From Octopus bimaculoides (lineage: Eukaryota), in NCBI RefSeq assembly GCF_001194135.2, contig NC_068985.1, positions 107,106,880 through 107,170,879 of the forward strand: a stretch of 64,000 nt of DNA. The letters are read 5' to 3'. This document shows positions 63,450 through 64,000 of this stretch, piece by piece (within the stretch, counting starts at the first letter, position 1; each line of letters starts with the position of its first letter). The position numbers and the translations under genes were made by a program. The notes under the pieces are model-generated. The model had not been told where the DNA came from. It searched no databases and saw nothing but the letters and a program-made list of their open reading frames with translations.

Positions 63450-64000
63450 GTTATATGGACTGTTAGATATGTAATTCGTCTGACGTTCCGTGTGTCATGT
63501 GGTTCGTCTGAGTTCATTGTTTCATTGTTGTTGTTTTGAAGGACTGGGGTAGTAAAATGTCATTGATATATATGGCGGACATGATTCTTGTTTATTCGTA
63601 ACGAACATTGGGCGAGTGCGTTCTTTGTATGTAATTGAATAATAAATGTAATAATTAAATTGTACAACTCGTTGTGTTATCTCTGCGAGTCTCCCGAGGG
63701 AAATACAGCAGAGTTTATTGGCGTCGCCGATAGGATACATGCTTGCTTTACCGTAAGATTATTCATCGTAATAACAATGGCTGAAAAACAGACAGTAGAG
63801 CTTATTAAATTGTTTAGGGAACAAATGGACAAGCAAATGCAACAACATCAGAGAGATATGGACGCTCTGTTAAAACTGTTTGGTGCTCGACAAGTTGAAG
63901 GCGATCCTAGTGGCTATTTTTCAGCTGCTTCGACAACGGTGTCGATTCTACCATTTGCTGCATTTGATTCAGCGACAGAACTATGGCCTGATTACTGGTC
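63449..64000 (+). mobile_element. Ty3/Gypsy LTR retrotransposon 5' end (LTR, PBS, gag start), running off the window
   Basis: TG-starting block at 63449 directly after a (TACA)n tract, AATAAA near 63641, ...CA at 63710, PBS TGGCGTCGCCGATAGGAT at 63719-63736, then an open ORF from ATG 63777. Confidence 0.8.
63777..64000 (+). CDS. Gag N-terminus of LTR retrotransposon (partial; not in the ORF track)
   Basis: MAEKQTVELIKLFREQMDKQMQQHQRDMDALLKLFGARQVEGDPSGYFSAASTTVSILPFAAFDSATELWPDYW, open to the window edge: coiled-coil start followed by PF..FD...ELW.DYW, as in Gypsy gag proteins. Confidence 0.75.
   Translation, partial: MAEKQTVELIKLFREQMDKQMQQHQRDMDALLKLFGARQVEGDPSGYFSAASTTVSILPFAAFDSATELWPDYW

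Overview
AT-rich, microsatellite-laden eukaryotic genomic DNA with six assembly gaps. The repeat families and (TA)n/(CA)n/(GA)n load point to an octopus (coleoid cephalopod); this is inference, not a database result. Three protein-coding genes are supported, all on the minus strand. (1) STUB1/CHIP: the first two coding exons (27588-27677, 5390-5588), separated by a ~22.0-kb intron; the rest of the gene lies left of the window. (2) A compact 252-aa ORF (32811-33569) with signal peptide, death-fold-like ectodomain, TM helix and Cys-rich tail, resembling TMDD1/C12orf81. (3) NFS1 cysteine desulfurase: 12 coding exons that I assembled by hand into one open frame (42807-57425), mostly invisible in the ORF track; the N-terminal targeting exon is unresolved. 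The rest is transposon archaeology: two Helitron RepHel relics, Penelope-like relics including a pseudo-LTR foldback with a minimal hammerhead-ribozyme fold, RTE LINE 3' ends, several tRNA-derived SINE families, piggyBac- and hAT-type MITEs, a disrupted Merlin (IS1595/ISXO2-like) transposase, and the 5' LTR, PBS and gag start of a Ty3/Gypsy element at the right edge. I cannot show a wholly new biological system. The best leads are the uncharacterised death-domain membrane protein, the intronic hammerhead-like motif, and the inverted SINE pair bracketing STUB1 exon 2.
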